Below are positions 1 to 12,789 of a DNA stretch of 64,000 nucleotides, one piece after another (position 1 is the first letter of the stretch; every line of letters starts with the position of its first letter). The stretch lies in NCBI RefSeq assembly GCF_030684315.1, contig NC_081371.1, positions 5,721,550 through 5,785,549 on the forward strand, read 5' to 3'. A program made the position numbers and the translations under genes. The notes under the pieces were generated by a model. It searched no databases and had not been told where the DNA came from. It saw only the letters and a list, made by a program, of their open reading frames with translations. Origin of the DNA: Stegostoma tigrinum. Its lineage: Eukaryota.

Positions 1-654
1 GTACAATGCCTTAAAGAGGGATTTGTTCTGTGCTGTTTCTTTCACAGTGATGTTATCATGCTAGAGATGGAATGTCTGTTTCAGAAGCATTGAGTAAACA
101 GCTTTAGCTAGCTGAGTGTTTTTTTTTAAAATTAAACAAAAGAAGCATGAGTGGGTGGTGTCAGACTCGCTCAGAGCCGGGGTTTTAGTTTTGCTTTCAG
201 CTGAAGTTTAGGTTTGTAGAGTTGAAGCTGTTAGGCACAGATCTTTTTGCTGCAGCTAAAAGTTTGAGTTCTTTCTCTGCTGCTAGATTGTTAACTTTTG
301 ATTTTCCTTTATCCTGGACTGGAGGCGACAGCAAGTAAGGAAAATCTGTTTTGCTCAATTTGCCAAGGGTGTGTTTATGGGATGCTGCTAAATTAGAACA
401 AGCTGATGTTTCATAATTAAATAGTAGTTAAAGAAACTAAGTATTGTAACACAGTTAAATATATGTCAATTCTTCATTTTGTCTTTGTATTTTAAGTGCC
501 AAGAATAAAGTGTGATTTGCTTAAAGTCTAGTAGTTTAACCAATCGAATCACATCTGGAACATGGTGTCTAACACTTGCCTTTAAATAAGATAAAAGTTA
601 CAGTCTAGCGTATCTCCTTGCTATATTTTGAGGGGTTTAGTCTGGCTCATAACA
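1..654 (+). mobile_element. LTR-like segment (probably Gypsy/Gmr1-type), 5' end outside window
   Basis: Non-coding, has AATAAA near 503 and ends in ...CATAACA at an abrupt junction with a CR1 fragment. The terminal TAACA matches the LTR ends at 41321 and 43465. Confidence 0.45.
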
Positions 655-940
655 GTTGAGAAAATTTTTCTACGAGGAGGAGACACTCGGACCCAGAAGT
701 ACAGCTTCACCGTGAAGGGATGACCTTTTAGAACTGAGATAAAGAGGAATTCCTTCAGCCAGAAGGTGGTGACTCTGTGGAACTCTTTGTAGCAGAGAGC
801 TGTAGAGGCCAAGTCATTAAGCTTATTTAAGAAAAAGACAGATAAGTTCTTGATTGCTAACAGGGTCAAGAGTCATGGGAATGATGGAATGGCAAAGTAG
901 ACTTGATGGGCTGAATGGCCTAAGTCTGTTTCTATCTCTT
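655..940 (+). mobile_element. CR1 LINE 3' end fragment
   Basis: Decayed CR1 ORF2 C-terminus (..FRTEIKRNSFSQKVVTLWNSL..) plus 3' UTR, similar to the other CR1 tails in the window. Confidence 0.75.
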
Positions 941-2525
941 CTGATAAACACTGCCACATAGTGCATTTGAGCCAAAAAGCAGAGATGCTTAAGGGAGACC
1001 TGGATAAGCAAAAGGAAGAGAAAGGGGAAAAAAAAATTTGTCTATATTGTTAAGTGGAGTCGGAGGAGGCACACAGGAACATAAATGCCATCATAGACCA
1101 TTCTGCCCATCTGGTCTATGTGACATAGACTCGGGATTTTCATCACAGAAGCGGGCATCTCAATTAAGAAAACTTCTTATTTTGCTGTACACTCCTCAGG
1201 AGAAAGAAATGTATCCTCAAATGGTTCAATTTGCATTCAAGGTTCAGTGTGGAGGTGTCCATCTATAGAACAGATTTAGGTCTTCCATTCCACACCCAAA
1301 CTGAAGGCAGGCACATTAGCTGCTGAATGCTAAGGTGGACTGGTTAAAAGGCTTGTCTCAGTTCCAAATAACTTTGCATCATGTTTTGTTAAATATTAAC
1401 TGGTCTAACCCTCACCCATTCATCAGTCATGCTAAGCCATGACCTTCCACTCAACCCCAATGGTCCCTCATTTGTCCATGTCAACATATCCCTTCAGTCA
1501 TCCCCAGGTTTCCCTATAAGCCCTTTGTCAATTTATCCCAACACATATCAACACATGTCTCCAAGCCACCAGCCACCCTTTGCCGTTTCAGCTTCCATGC
1601 CAACTCAACTAGCAACCATCATGGGCAAAATTCAAAAGTTATGCTGAGATGCAATAAAATAAAATTTCTAAACATCTGTCACAGACTTAAAGTATATAAA
1701 AGAAAACATTCTCAGTCAGGAAAGACCACTCAATACATTTAAATCTTCTCAAGTGCTCAATAACGTCTAAAAACAAAAAATTGTATCCAGAAACTCGCAT
1801 TAAAAATGGTTGTTGTTTATTCCTTTATTCAAATGATGCAAGTGTTGCCAGGCAGGTTTCATTTCTTAGCCATTACGTTGTTTGTGCACTTCATGCTTTA
1901 CCTGATTGTCTCTACCAGTGAAAATGGAATTTTGTGGAAACGGTATTGGGACTTCTACATCATCATTATTTTATGTTCATAGGTCTCTATGACTCTGCAA
2001 GAATCTAGCCTATGTCCCACCCTACTAGACACAAAGTAAGATTTGTCTGTCCCCCTGACTACAGGAGTAGGTTTCTTTTCTAAGTTCCCCAAATATTCTC
2101 AGTCCTGTTCCTGGCCTAATGTGCTCTCAGCAAATCTCATCCTTGGCTCTTAACATAAACAAGCCTCACAGGGCAATGACAGTTATGGACCTAGCATAGC
2201 AACTCTCCTTGTTGAAATAGTCAGGTTTTTCTGTGAACTTCACTCACCAAGCATAATCAGGCACATGCATACACGCATACTCCACAGTTGGCAGCAGTGC
2301 CTCTCAGTCCCATTTGTCTCCAGTAGTAAATGGGTATTTAGTAAAGATAAATTAAAAATGATTGGTTTGAATGCAACATGCCTGAATGTAGGAGATATTA
2401 AATTGATGAAAGCAATGAGAAATCAGACTACCACATCTAACTGCTTTCCATGCTGTTAATGGTGTAACCCACTGTTGTTTATCACAGCAGATTTCTGACG
2501 GTTTGCAAAATCAGATCAGAAAATG

Positions 2526-2620
2526 TCTCTGAAGAAGGGTCTAGGCCCGAAATGTCAGTTTTCCTACTACTCTGATGCTGCTTGGCCTGCTGCGTTCATC
2601 CAGCTTTATACCTTGTTGTC
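2526..2620 (+). mobile_element. Solo PLE 3'-end fragment (family A) starting at the hammerhead motif
   Basis: CTGAAGA-AGGGTCTAGGCCC-GAAATGTC at 2529-2556, homologous to 34846-34935. Flanked by direct repeat TCAGAAAATG (2516-2525 / 2621-2630). Confidence 0.85.
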
Positions 2621-3194
2621 TCAGAAAATGCAAGTATGTTTGTAATAAAAAAATAAATTCACCATGCTAGGCCATTCCTGAGCACCTGTCCTAGCTTATC
2701 TTTCTGCTGTGATTAGACTTCCCTACTCTGTTTGGACATGTTCTTGGAGCTTTCATAATGTAACATCATCACTCCACCTCTCCCGCCACAATCTCAACGT
2801 TGATGCCCAACATGTCCAGTACAGAATAACCTTACTATGCCAATAACAATAAAGGGAGTAGGCTTCATCACCCAACCACTGATTTATTATGAATCTTTTT
2901 GTCCCTCTGTCAAATTTTTAACAACATTTTTTGGACACAAGTTACAAAGATTTTCTTCTAATAAGACAATTTTTAAATGCCACCTTATCATATTGTTCAT
3001 ATGTTTCTTCCAATAGTTTTCCTTGCAAGGACGTTTATGAAAAATGCCAGCCAAATTTGAACAGTTAGCAAGTTTCTATTATTGAAGAGGGGCTGCACTG
3101 TGTTTGTATCTAGCAGTTTCTTCAAAATGACATTATCTACTGTCCAGATTGTAAGCATTGTTGAATTCTCACTGCGACAATAGGCCAACAATAT

Positions 3195-3435
3195 CCAAAT
3201 CTCACTCTTGTCACCACAGGCCAGTATCCCATCGTCACGTCATCCACTATTTACACATGAAGAGTCCTTGACTCTAGTACTACCTCTTCAGAGCCAGCTG
3301 TCAGAGTGCCAGAATCCCTGACAGTCCTCTTTTTATCTGCCAGCTTTGGCTCCCTGATTGGACCAGATTAACAGCTCTAATCAGGGGACTCATTTTCTGT
3401 GACGTCCTGCTGGCTGACCCCAATACAATCTCCAA
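3195..3435 (-). mobile_element. Solo Gypsy LTR
   Basis: Reverse complement resembles the TG..CA LTR at 44992-45223 (e.g. GGGATACTGGCCTGTGG vs GGGATACCAGCCTCTGTGG; AATCAGGGAGCC). Confidence 0.65.
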
Positions 3436-4242
3436 ACCCACCCAACAAGATCCCACACCCCAACAATATCCCCGTCTCTGACATGTTGATTTCATTCAGA
3501 ACCAGTATGGTGGATGAAAATTCTCTTTGTGGTCACTATGCACCAGTGTTGTTCTTAAATTTTCATTGGGAAATCTAAAGAGTTTGACTGCTCTCTCCTC
3601 AGTTTCTTTGGTTTTATACTGTAAGACCACCTTAATCAAACACTTGAACTCCTCACATTGTTTTGTCTGATGTATGTGGTAAAGTTTGCATATGGCAACC
3701 TAGCGCAAACCAGTAGTAACTTTTTTTCAAAAAAATGAAGGTAATGGCCACATATGCTGTTCTAGACTATCATGTTTGTCTGGTCGAAGTAAACTGTAAC
3801 TTTAGGCACAACCTTAGGATCACGATCAAATTTTAGCCTTTAAGCCTGTGTCACCATTCAGTTAGATAAGTACGAATCTGTATTTATAACTACACTTATA
3901 CACCTTTGATCCCACACTTAGCCCTCAAAAATCCATCAACTTCAATCTTCAAAATTTCTATTTACCTATAATCTACAACCTTTACAGGAGGAAGTTCCAG
4001 ATTTCTGCTACCTCATTGTGTGATAGGAACATAGCTGCATAGGAACAGGGGGAGAGTGTTCAGCCCTGTGGGTCTGTTCTGCTGTTTAATGAGAAATGAA
4101 GAATTTGAGGATAATGAGACTGGGAGAAAATGTCAGGATAGAAAGTGAACAAAATGACTATGATCTATGGCCTAATTCCAAATACCTGCCTTTGGTCCAT
4201 ACCTCTTGATACCTTTGCTTAAAAAAAAACAACTAATCCCAT

Positions 4243-5375
4243 AAAGTCAAAGAATTATACAGCACAAAAACAGACCCTTCAGTCTAACTCGTCCAAGCTG
4301 ACCAGATATCCTAAATTAATCTAGCCCCATTTGCTAGCATTTGGCCCATATCACGCTGAACCCTTTCTATTCATATACCCAAACAGGTGCCTTTTAAATG
4401 CTGTAATTGTACCAGCCTCCACCACTTTCTCTGGCAGTTCACTCTGCAAACGCACCACCCTCTGCGTGAAAAAGTTGCCCCTTAGGTCCCTTTTAAATCT
4501 TTCCCCTCTCACCTTAAACCTATGAGCTCTATTCTGGACTCCCTATCCTGGGAAAAGACTTTGGCTATTCACCCTATCCATGCCCCTCATTGATTTTATA
4601 GACCTCTATAAGCTCACCTCCCTCAACCACCAATGCTCCAGGGAAAGTAGCCACAGCTTATTCACCCTCTCCCTATAGCTCAAACCTTCCAACTCAGCCA
4701 ATATCCTCGTATTTCTTTTCTGAACCCTGTCAAGTTTCACAACATCTTTCTTATATCAGGGAGACCAGAACTGAATGCAGTATTTCTAAAGTGGCCTCAC
4801 CAATGTCCTGTCCAGCCACAGTTTGACATCCTAACTCCTACATGCACTGACCAATAAAGGCAAGCATAGCAAATGCTTTTTTCACTACCCTGTCTACCTG
4901 TGACTCCACATTCAAGGAACTATGCACCTGCATCCCAAGATCTCTTTGCTCAGCAACGCCTCCATTAATCTACAAGTCCTGTCCTGGTGTACCTTACCAA
5001 AATGCAACACCTCACATTTATCTAAATTAAACTCCATTTGCCGGTCATCAGCCTAGTGGCCCAGCTGATCAAGAGTCCATTATATTCTGAGATAACCTTC
5101 TCCACAGTCCACTATACCACCAATTTTGGTGTCATGTGCAAACTTACTAACCACTCCTCCTATATTCACATCCAAATCATTTATATAAATGACAAAAAGC
5201 AGTGGACACAGCACTGATCCTTGCAACATACTGCTGGTCACAGGCCTCCACTCTGAAAAACAACACTCTATCACCTCCCTCTGTCTCTTACCTTCATGCC
5301 AATTTTGTATCCAACTTTCTATCTCCCTGGATTCCATATGATATAACCTTGCTAACCAGTCTACTATGTGGAACA
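4243..5375 (-). mobile_element. CR1 LINE, 5'-truncated, decayed RT
   Basis: ORF 5080-5337: WIQNW..RQR..SEWRPVTS..QGSVL.PLLFVIYINDLD..SKFAHDTK (CR1 RT, FADD-type), followed by C-terminus and 3' UTR. Confidence 0.9.
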
Positions 5376-6094
5376 GACTGAAACTAATATCTGAATTTCA
5401 CTCCTAAATGGCTTGGCTCCAGGTGAGGAATTTGGGAGAAATTACTTGGAAAAGGTGGCTGCTCTCAGCTGCTCTTATTAATGATGGTCAGTGCTTAACA
5501 TAGGATTGTAGTGGTACATCACAAATTTCATTTTATTTAATTTTATAGATCAAGAATAGTGAAGAAAGATACAGACCAATGACAATAAATACCAATTCTA
5601 ACATGACCCATCTTTTGGCTTCTTTGAATGAGATTTCCAAATTAATGTAATAAGCAGTTGAATTTAAATCATCTAAAGTCACGCTTGTAAGTTTTCTATC
5701 CAAACATTTCCTCCCAGTCTTGCCAGAACCACCAAACTCTCCAATTCTCTGAATCTGGCTTCTTGTAAATAACAACATATTTTTTCCATAGGATTAGTTC
5801 CCATGAATTCAGCCAGCTGGACTTATGCACCAGAATTCCTTCCTATAAATCAACTTCCTCTCCATCCTTTCCATTTCTCTTCCTTTCACACCTTCCTTAA
5901 AACGCACCTTGTTGGCAATTTCCTAATGTCTCCAACACGTTGATCCTGACTCAGATGTAATAATCTCCTCTCTGGATCCCACTCTGAAGGCTTGATAATT
6001 TTAAAAAAAGTGAGAAACTGCTACTGCCAGCTTTTGGGTCAATCATTAAACTGAGTTGCCTTTCTCACTGATGTAAAAAAATCCCATGGTACAG

Positions 6095-8750
6095 AATTTC
6101 AGAATTTGTAAAGACCATTCAGGAGAGTTTCTTGACACAATATGTAAACAGTTCAACCAGGGAAGGTGTTATACTGGACCTGGTTTTGGAAGATGAGCCA
6201 GCCAGGTGAGTGAAGTTTCATTGGGGGAGCATTTAGGGAGTAGTGACCATAATTTCGTGAGTATCTTAAAGCTCACGGTTAGGGGTAATAGCAATCCTCG
6301 GGTGAAGGTGTTAAACAGGGGAAGGCAAATTATAACAATATTAGGCAGGAACTGGAGAATGTTGATTGGAGGTAGCTATTTGAAGGTAAATCTACATTGG
6401 ACATGTGGGAGTATATTAAACAGCAGTTAATAAGAGTTCAAGAACAGCAAATTCTAGTGAGAATGAAGGATAGATATGGCAAGTTGGACGACTAGGGATA
6501 TTATGACCTTGGCCATAAAGGAAAAGGAAGCATATGTAAGGTCTTGGAGAATGGGACCTGATGAAGCCCTTGAATTAAATAAGTAGGAAAGAACTTAAAG
6601 AAGGCATTAGAAAGGTTAAAAGGGATCATGAAAAGTGATTAGCAAACAAGATTAAAGAGAATCCCAAGACACTTTATACATATATAAAAAGTAAGAGCAT
6701 ATCCAGGGAAAGAGTTGGCCCAGTCAAGGGTAAAGGTATGAAGCCAGAAGAGGTAGGTGAGGTCCTAAATGAATAGTTTGTGTCTGTATTTATCAAAGAG
6801 AAGGAATTGATGGAGGATGATCTCAGGGGAGTGTCAAGGATCTAAGCCAAGTTGCTGTTAAAAAGGGAGAGGTGTTGTGCATCTTTAAAAAGTATTAAGT
6901 AGATAATTCCCTGGGTCCTGATAGGATCTATCCCAGAATATTGAAGGATGCAAGAGAACAATTTGCTGGAGCATTGACAGACACCTTTGCATCTTCTTTG
7001 GCCACAGGTGAATTCCCAGAAGGCTACAGAATGGCCGACATTGGTCCATTGTTTAAGCAGGGTAACATGAATAATCCTGGAAAATACAGGCCTGACAGTC
7101 TCACATCGGTGATAGGGAAATTATTAGAAAAGATTCTCAGGGACAAGATCTATATGCATTTAGAAGCAATTGGACTTATTAGCTATAGGCAGCATGGTTT
7201 TATGCAGGGACATTGTTCCTCACTACGTTGATTGAGTTTTTTGAGGAGGTGACAAAGATGATTGATGGGGGAAAAATGGCTAATGTTGTCCACATGGACT
7301 TTTTAGTAAAGCCTGTGACAAGGTCCCTCATGGCAGACTGGTACAAAAGGTAAAGTTATATGGTATTCAGGAGTGAGCTGGCAAGATGGATACAGTACTG
7401 GCTTAGACAAAGGAGGTAGTGGGTAGCGGTGGAAGGATGCTTTTCAGAATGGAGGGCTCTGAATACTGATACTCCACAGGGATATGTGCTGGGACTTCTG
7501 CTGTTCATGATCTACATAAATGATTTGGAGGAAAATGTAGCTGGTCTAATTATTAAGTTTGCAGGTGATACAACGATTGGAGGAGTTGTAGCTAGTGAGA
7601 AGGACTGTCAGAGGATACAGCAGGATCTGGATCAGTTGGAGACATGGGTAGAAATATGGTAGATGGAGTTAAATCAAGACAAATGTGAGGTGATACATTT
7701 TGGAAGGTCAAGTAGGGGTGGAAATTATACAGTGAATGGCAGAACCCTTAGGAATATTGGTATGCAGAAGGATCTAGGTGTGCAGATCCACAGATCATCG
7801 AAGGTGCTGGTGTGGGTAGATTAGGTACTAAAAAAGGCTTATGGCATGTTTGCCTTGATTGGAAGGGGCACTGAGTATGAGAATAGACAATTTATGCTGC
7901 AACTTTATAGAACTTTAGTTAGGACACACTTGGAATATTGCATACAGTATCAATCACCACACTACCAATAGGATGTGGATGCTCTGGAAAGGGCAGAGAA
8001 AAGGTTTACAAGGATGTGTCCTGGTATGGTGGATTTTAGCTATGAAGAAAAGTTGGATAGACTGGATAAAAACTGAAGGAACCGCAGATGCTGTAAATTA
8101 GGAACAAAAACAGAGTTGCTAGAAAAGTTCAGCCGGTCTGGCAGCATCTGTGAAGGAAAAAAAAAAGAGTTAATGTTTTGTGTCCAGTGACCCTTCCTCA
8201 GAACTAATTCTGAGGAAGGGTCACCAGGCCCAAAACATTAATTCTGTTTTCTCCTTCACAGATGCTGCCAGACCTGCTCAGCTTTTCCAGCAACTTTGCT
8301 TTTGTTCCTGAGTTGGACAGACGGGTTTGTTTTCACTGGAACGCAAGAGGTTGAGAGGCAACCTGATAGAAGTTTATAAGATTGTGAGTAGCATGGATAG
8401 GTTGAAAAGTATGAAGCTTTTTTCCAGGCTGGAGGAGTCAATTACTAGGGGATACAGTTCAAAGTGGAGGGGGTGGGGGGTAGGAGTTTAAAAAGAATGT
8501 GCGAGGCAAGTTTTTCCACATGAAGGGTGGTGAGTGCCTGGAACACGTTTCCAGATGGGTGGTGGAAGCAGACCTGCAACAGCAACATTCAAGAAGCACC
8601 TAGATGAGTACATCATCAGGAAGGGAAGAGAGAGATACAGATCCTGTAAATGAAGACAGCTTTAGCATGGAACAGCAAAATGTGTTAGTACAGGGTTGGA
8701 GAGGTAAAGGGTCTGTTCCTGGGCTGTACTGTTCTCTGTTCTTATACTAT
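6095..8750 (+). mobile_element. CR1 LINE ORF2 (end of APE domain, RT, 3' UTR), decayed, interrupted by a PLE palindrome
   Basis: LGSSDHN motif (ORF 6206); PLFKQG..PGKYRP.SLTSVIGKLLEKI..QHGF (ORF 6941); PQGYVLG.LLF.IYINDL..KFAGDT (ORF 7429). Confidence 0.92.
8066..8310. mobile_element. Palindromic mini-PLE (family B), two head-to-head 3' ends
   Basis: Inverted arms meet at CCTCAGAA-ctaa-TTCTGAGG (~8196-8215). TSD AGTTGGATAGACTGG / AGTTGGACAGACGGG (8051-8065 / 8311-8325). The host CR1 sequence resumes after it. Confidence 0.88.
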
Positions 8751-9029
8751 GCAGAAAAAAAAGAGCTAGGTGGCCTTCCTAACAGCCAGTTCAGTGATTA
8801 CACTTCCAAAGTACTTCACTATCTGTGAAGGACTTTAAAACATTCTTATCTTAGGAAGAGTACTAAATAAATGCATGTTCTGCCTCATCCAAATTTTAAT
8901 TAGACCCAAGTGCAAACCTTGAGTTATTTTTCCACATTAACGCCACTGGTCTGTGCCTTTCCTCTGGGAGTTTGCAGACAACTTTTAAAAAAAATTATGA
9001 GTTATTAAAATTTTGTTCAGGGTTTAAGA

Positions 9030-10080
9030 TTTATTACCAGTCCTAACTGCCTTTGAAAAGGTAATGGCGGCTCCTTCTTGAACACTGTAGTCTGTTTGTG
9101 CTATTAGTGAGGAAGTTTCGTGATTTTTGACTCAGCCACAACAACAGAGTGCCAAAATGGTTCAAAATGGTAACGCTGTGTGAGAGGAAAGGCAATTTTC
9201 AGGTGGTGTTTTTATGTGGTTGTTCCAGTTGCCCTTCTAAATGTAAGAGGTCATTGTTTGGAACAAGATGTAAAAAAAATGCCTGACTAGTTGCTACAGT
9301 GTATCAGTATTGTCATAGTGCACAACTGGTAGTGGGACCAAATGTTTAAGCTGATGGATAGTATGTCAGTCAAGCAGCTTATTTCGTCCTCAATGAACTT
9401 GTTAAGCTACTTGAGGTTTGTTGGAGTTGCACTTATCCAGATGCATACGGAGTATTTCACCTCTTTTGATCTTTGTAGATGAAGGAAAGGCTCTAGAGAG
9501 TCAGGAGTATTACTTACAGCAGAATATGTAGCCTCTGACCTACGCTACAGTCACATTATTCACGTGGCCTTGAACTTAAGCAATGCTCGTGGAGAAGGAA
9601 ATTCCAAATGCTGGTGTCCTCTTGGTAAGGTACTTCATCCCTCATATCTATAAAACTCATACTAAAGGGCTCATTTGGTGACACAAGTTGATCTTTTAAG
9701 GATTCTGCAGCTGCCTGCCACTAGATGGAGTTTGCTCGCATCTAAAATTACAGTTTACTATATTCTTCTATTTTTAAAAATAGAATAGTATTGTACCACT
9801 TTATTGTATCTATTATATAGATCCAGTTGGGCTTCTCACCAATGGTGACTCTTCCGACGTTGTTGATGATGATGATGAGATGATAATGCAACTAAATGGT
9901 CTGACTCTTGTGCTGGTGATGTCTATATGTGCAGTACAAACATTACTAGCCACCTATTAGCTTAATTAAAAATAATTTCCAGGTATTCCTTTCTGAAAGC
10001 ATAGATGGCTTAATATTTGGAGAACTGTGAATGGAACTGAACACTATGCAATTATGAATGAACATTCCCACTTCTGACCA
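9030..10080 (-). mobile_element. Old, highly decayed CR1/L2-class LINE fragments
   Basis: Similar to relics at 12790-13700, 17300-17505, 23760-24370 and 38570-38680 (shared AACATYCCCACTTCTGAC and TGCCTTTGARAAGRTRRTG segments). Confidence 0.55.
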
Positions 10081-10885
10081 CATAGAGTCACACGGCACAG
10101 AAACAGACTACTTAGTCCAACAAATCCATGCCATACATAATCCCAAACTAAACTAGTCCCACTTGCCTGCTCCTGGCCCATGTCCCTCCAAACCTTTCCT
10201 GTGCATGTATTTATCCAAATGTTTTTTAAACACTGTAATTATACTTGCATCCAGCACTTCCTCATGGAGTTCACTCCAGATGCATACCACACACTGAGTA
10301 AAAAATTTAGCCATGTCTTTTTTAAATCTAGTGGGGAAAAAGTTTCTGACCGTCCAAGCTGTCCATGCCCTTCACAATTTTGTAGACCTCTATCAGGTCG
10401 CCACTCAACCTCCGTCGTTCCAGTGAGAAAGACCCAAGTTTCTCCAACCTCTCCTCATAGCTAATGCCCTCCATACCAGACAACATCCTGGTCAATCTTT
10501 TCTATACTCTCTCCAAAGCCACCACATCCTCCTGGTAGTGTGTCAATCAGAAATGAACACAATATTTCAAATGCAGCCTAACTAAGGTTCTACAAAGCTG
10601 CAACATTACCTGCTAATTTTTAAATTCAGTACCCTGGTCGATGAAGGCAAGCATGCCATATGCCATGTTGACTACCTTCTCCACATGAGTTGCCACTTTC
10701 AGTGATCTGTGTACCTATACACCCAGATCCGTCTGCCTATCAGCATTCTTAAGGGTTCTGCCATTTACTGTATATTTTCCACCTGGATTAGACCTTCCAA
10801 AATGTATTACCTCACATTTTTCCATATTAAACTCCATCTGCCATCTCTCTGCCCAAGTCACCAACCAATCTACATCCTGATCCTT
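10081..10885 (-). mobile_element. CR1 LINE 3' portion with internal deletion
   Basis: Homologous to 4243-5050 and to the reverse complement of 7650-8060. Confidence 0.8.
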
Positions 10886-11112
10886 GATTCCCAGTGATTC
10901 AACTTTTGGTGCAGCTCCTTAGTCAGAAACTGCCTTGTTGTCAACAAGTCACATTCATATGAACTCTGATATTCATATCTTATATGCATGTTTGGCTCGT
11001 GGTTGTAACAAGGGCTGGAGCCAAATGTCCTGGCAGATTCAAAACTGAGCTGCTTGATAGCATTGACTCCTCTACATTACTTGAGATCAAAAATGGACTG
11101 ATAAAGTGCCAA

Positions 11113-11242
11113 TTTCTGAAGAAGGATCCGGACACAAAACTCACCTTTCTTGCTCCTCTGATGCTGCTTTGGCCTGCTGTGTTCCTCCAGCTCCACACTG
11201 TGTTATCTCAGACTCCAGCACTGGCAATTCTTACTGTCTCTG
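11113..11242 (+). mobile_element. Solo PLE 3'-end fragment (family A) with tail and decayed hammerhead
   Basis: Begins TTTCTGAAGAAGG; contains TGATGCTGCTTTGGCCTGCTGTGTTC..GTTATCTCAGACTCCAGCA, homologous to 34890-34975. Confidence 0.8.
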
Positions 11243-11871
11243 AATTAAACAGATTAGATTTGTTCTGCTTTCAGTGGACTGCATATACTTGGGTAACTTT
11301 TGACAACATTGGTAATCTTGTGTTGTACCTGTCTACAAGTTGCCCCACTTAATAGGATTTCCATTTTTAATGTTTTCTATTACAAGACCATGTTTTTTTC
11401 AAATTACATTTGAGATTTTTGATTTTATGCTGTTGCTACCCCATCATCTGTGACCTTTCTCCCAGAATAAACAACCTCCTGCCCTTGCTTCCTTTCCCTG
11501 GTTTTATCTCCTTCCAATCTCACCAGATCTTTCCCTGTCAACTTGACCACTCCTGCTATTGCTTCCTCCTGCCACACTGCACTCACCCTTTTGTCCTTAT
11601 CTTCCTCTGCCCTTACCTTAGGCCACTCCCTTCACCATTGAAGCCATTCACTTTTCCTGACTGTGATTCCAAATTCATAGTGAAAGGCTCCTCCTTGTGA
11701 CAGGCAGCGCACGGACATTGCAGCTTCCTGCAATTATCATTTGCTACCACTAGATAGAGCTTGATCAAAAATGCTGCTGAGTATATTTAAATTGTTTTAA
11801 TACTATATTGTTATAGGCATATAATATTATCTTAATTAAGTATTAAGTTATTTCAACTAGAAATTTACAGT

Positions 11872-12037
11872 AGTTGCTGGAAAAGCTCAGAAGGTCCGGT
11901 AGTATCTGTGATCTCTGAGGAAGGGTCACCGGACCCGAAACGTTAACTCTGATTTTCTCATCACAAATGTGCTGAGATTTTCCAGCAACTTCTGTTCTTG
12001 TTCCCGATTCACAGCATCTACAGTTCTTTCAGTTTTC
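11872..12037. mobile_element. Asymmetric palindromic mini-PLE (family B)
   Basis: AGTTGCTGGAAAA..CTCAG is inverted relative to CTGAGATTTTCCAGCAACT. TSD AGAAATTTACAGT / AGAAATATACAGT (11859-11871 / 12038-12050). Confidence 0.85.
11915..11944 (+). ncRNA. Minimal hammerhead ribozyme motif (PLE type)
   Basis: CUGAGGA-A-GGGUC(ACCG)GACCC-GAAAC-GUU: intact core boxes, perfect 5-bp stem II, palindromic AACGUU in place of stem III. Confidence 0.7.
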
Positions 12038-12789
12038 AGAAATATACAGTGCTGTAAATGGTGGTTCAGTATTACAGCATACAGGCTGCATAACTAAGCG
12101 AAATTCCCTTCTCCTGCACATGCACTGTGATGAATCCCTGCCTTTAAAAAGCAGACTGAAATTCTGGAGGAGAACCACAGACAGGAAAATTTTGCAGCAC
12201 ACTCTCTCATTGTTAGGGCATACTCATAGCGGTTGATAACCACTAATGTATAGTACAGTGCTTCACTTTGTATACTGTTCTTTTCCAGACACAAAATGTC
12301 CAAACAAATTCCACTCTATGGAACCTATGATTCATTTAGAATCATTTCTCTTAAAGTCACAATTTTCAAGAACACAATCATAACTTGCACCGAGGGCCTG
12401 TGGTCCTTGAAAAGCTTGGCTAGTTCTAGAGCACGAGTCTTCAGCATTACAATCAGGTTGTTGTTAGGATTCACAGCCTTTACTGTAACCAGAGCGTTCT
12501 GCACTTGTCCAGTGAAGTGCATCTTATTGGTTAAAGACTTGGCATCTAGACTGAGGAATGCAGGACAAGGCTGAGATGGATTATTCACTCAGTATTACTG
12601 GTTGAAGACATGCTTCAACACTGTTTATTATGCACACGTTGGGTTGCAATAAAATTGACAATACAGATGTTTACAGAGCTTTATACTACCTTTTTTTTAA
12701 TCTAGTATCATCTGTGACAGCTCTGATCTGGTTAATTGGTGTTGGATTGCTTAGCTCTGTCTACGACATGCAGTTTAGCATGCTTGCAG

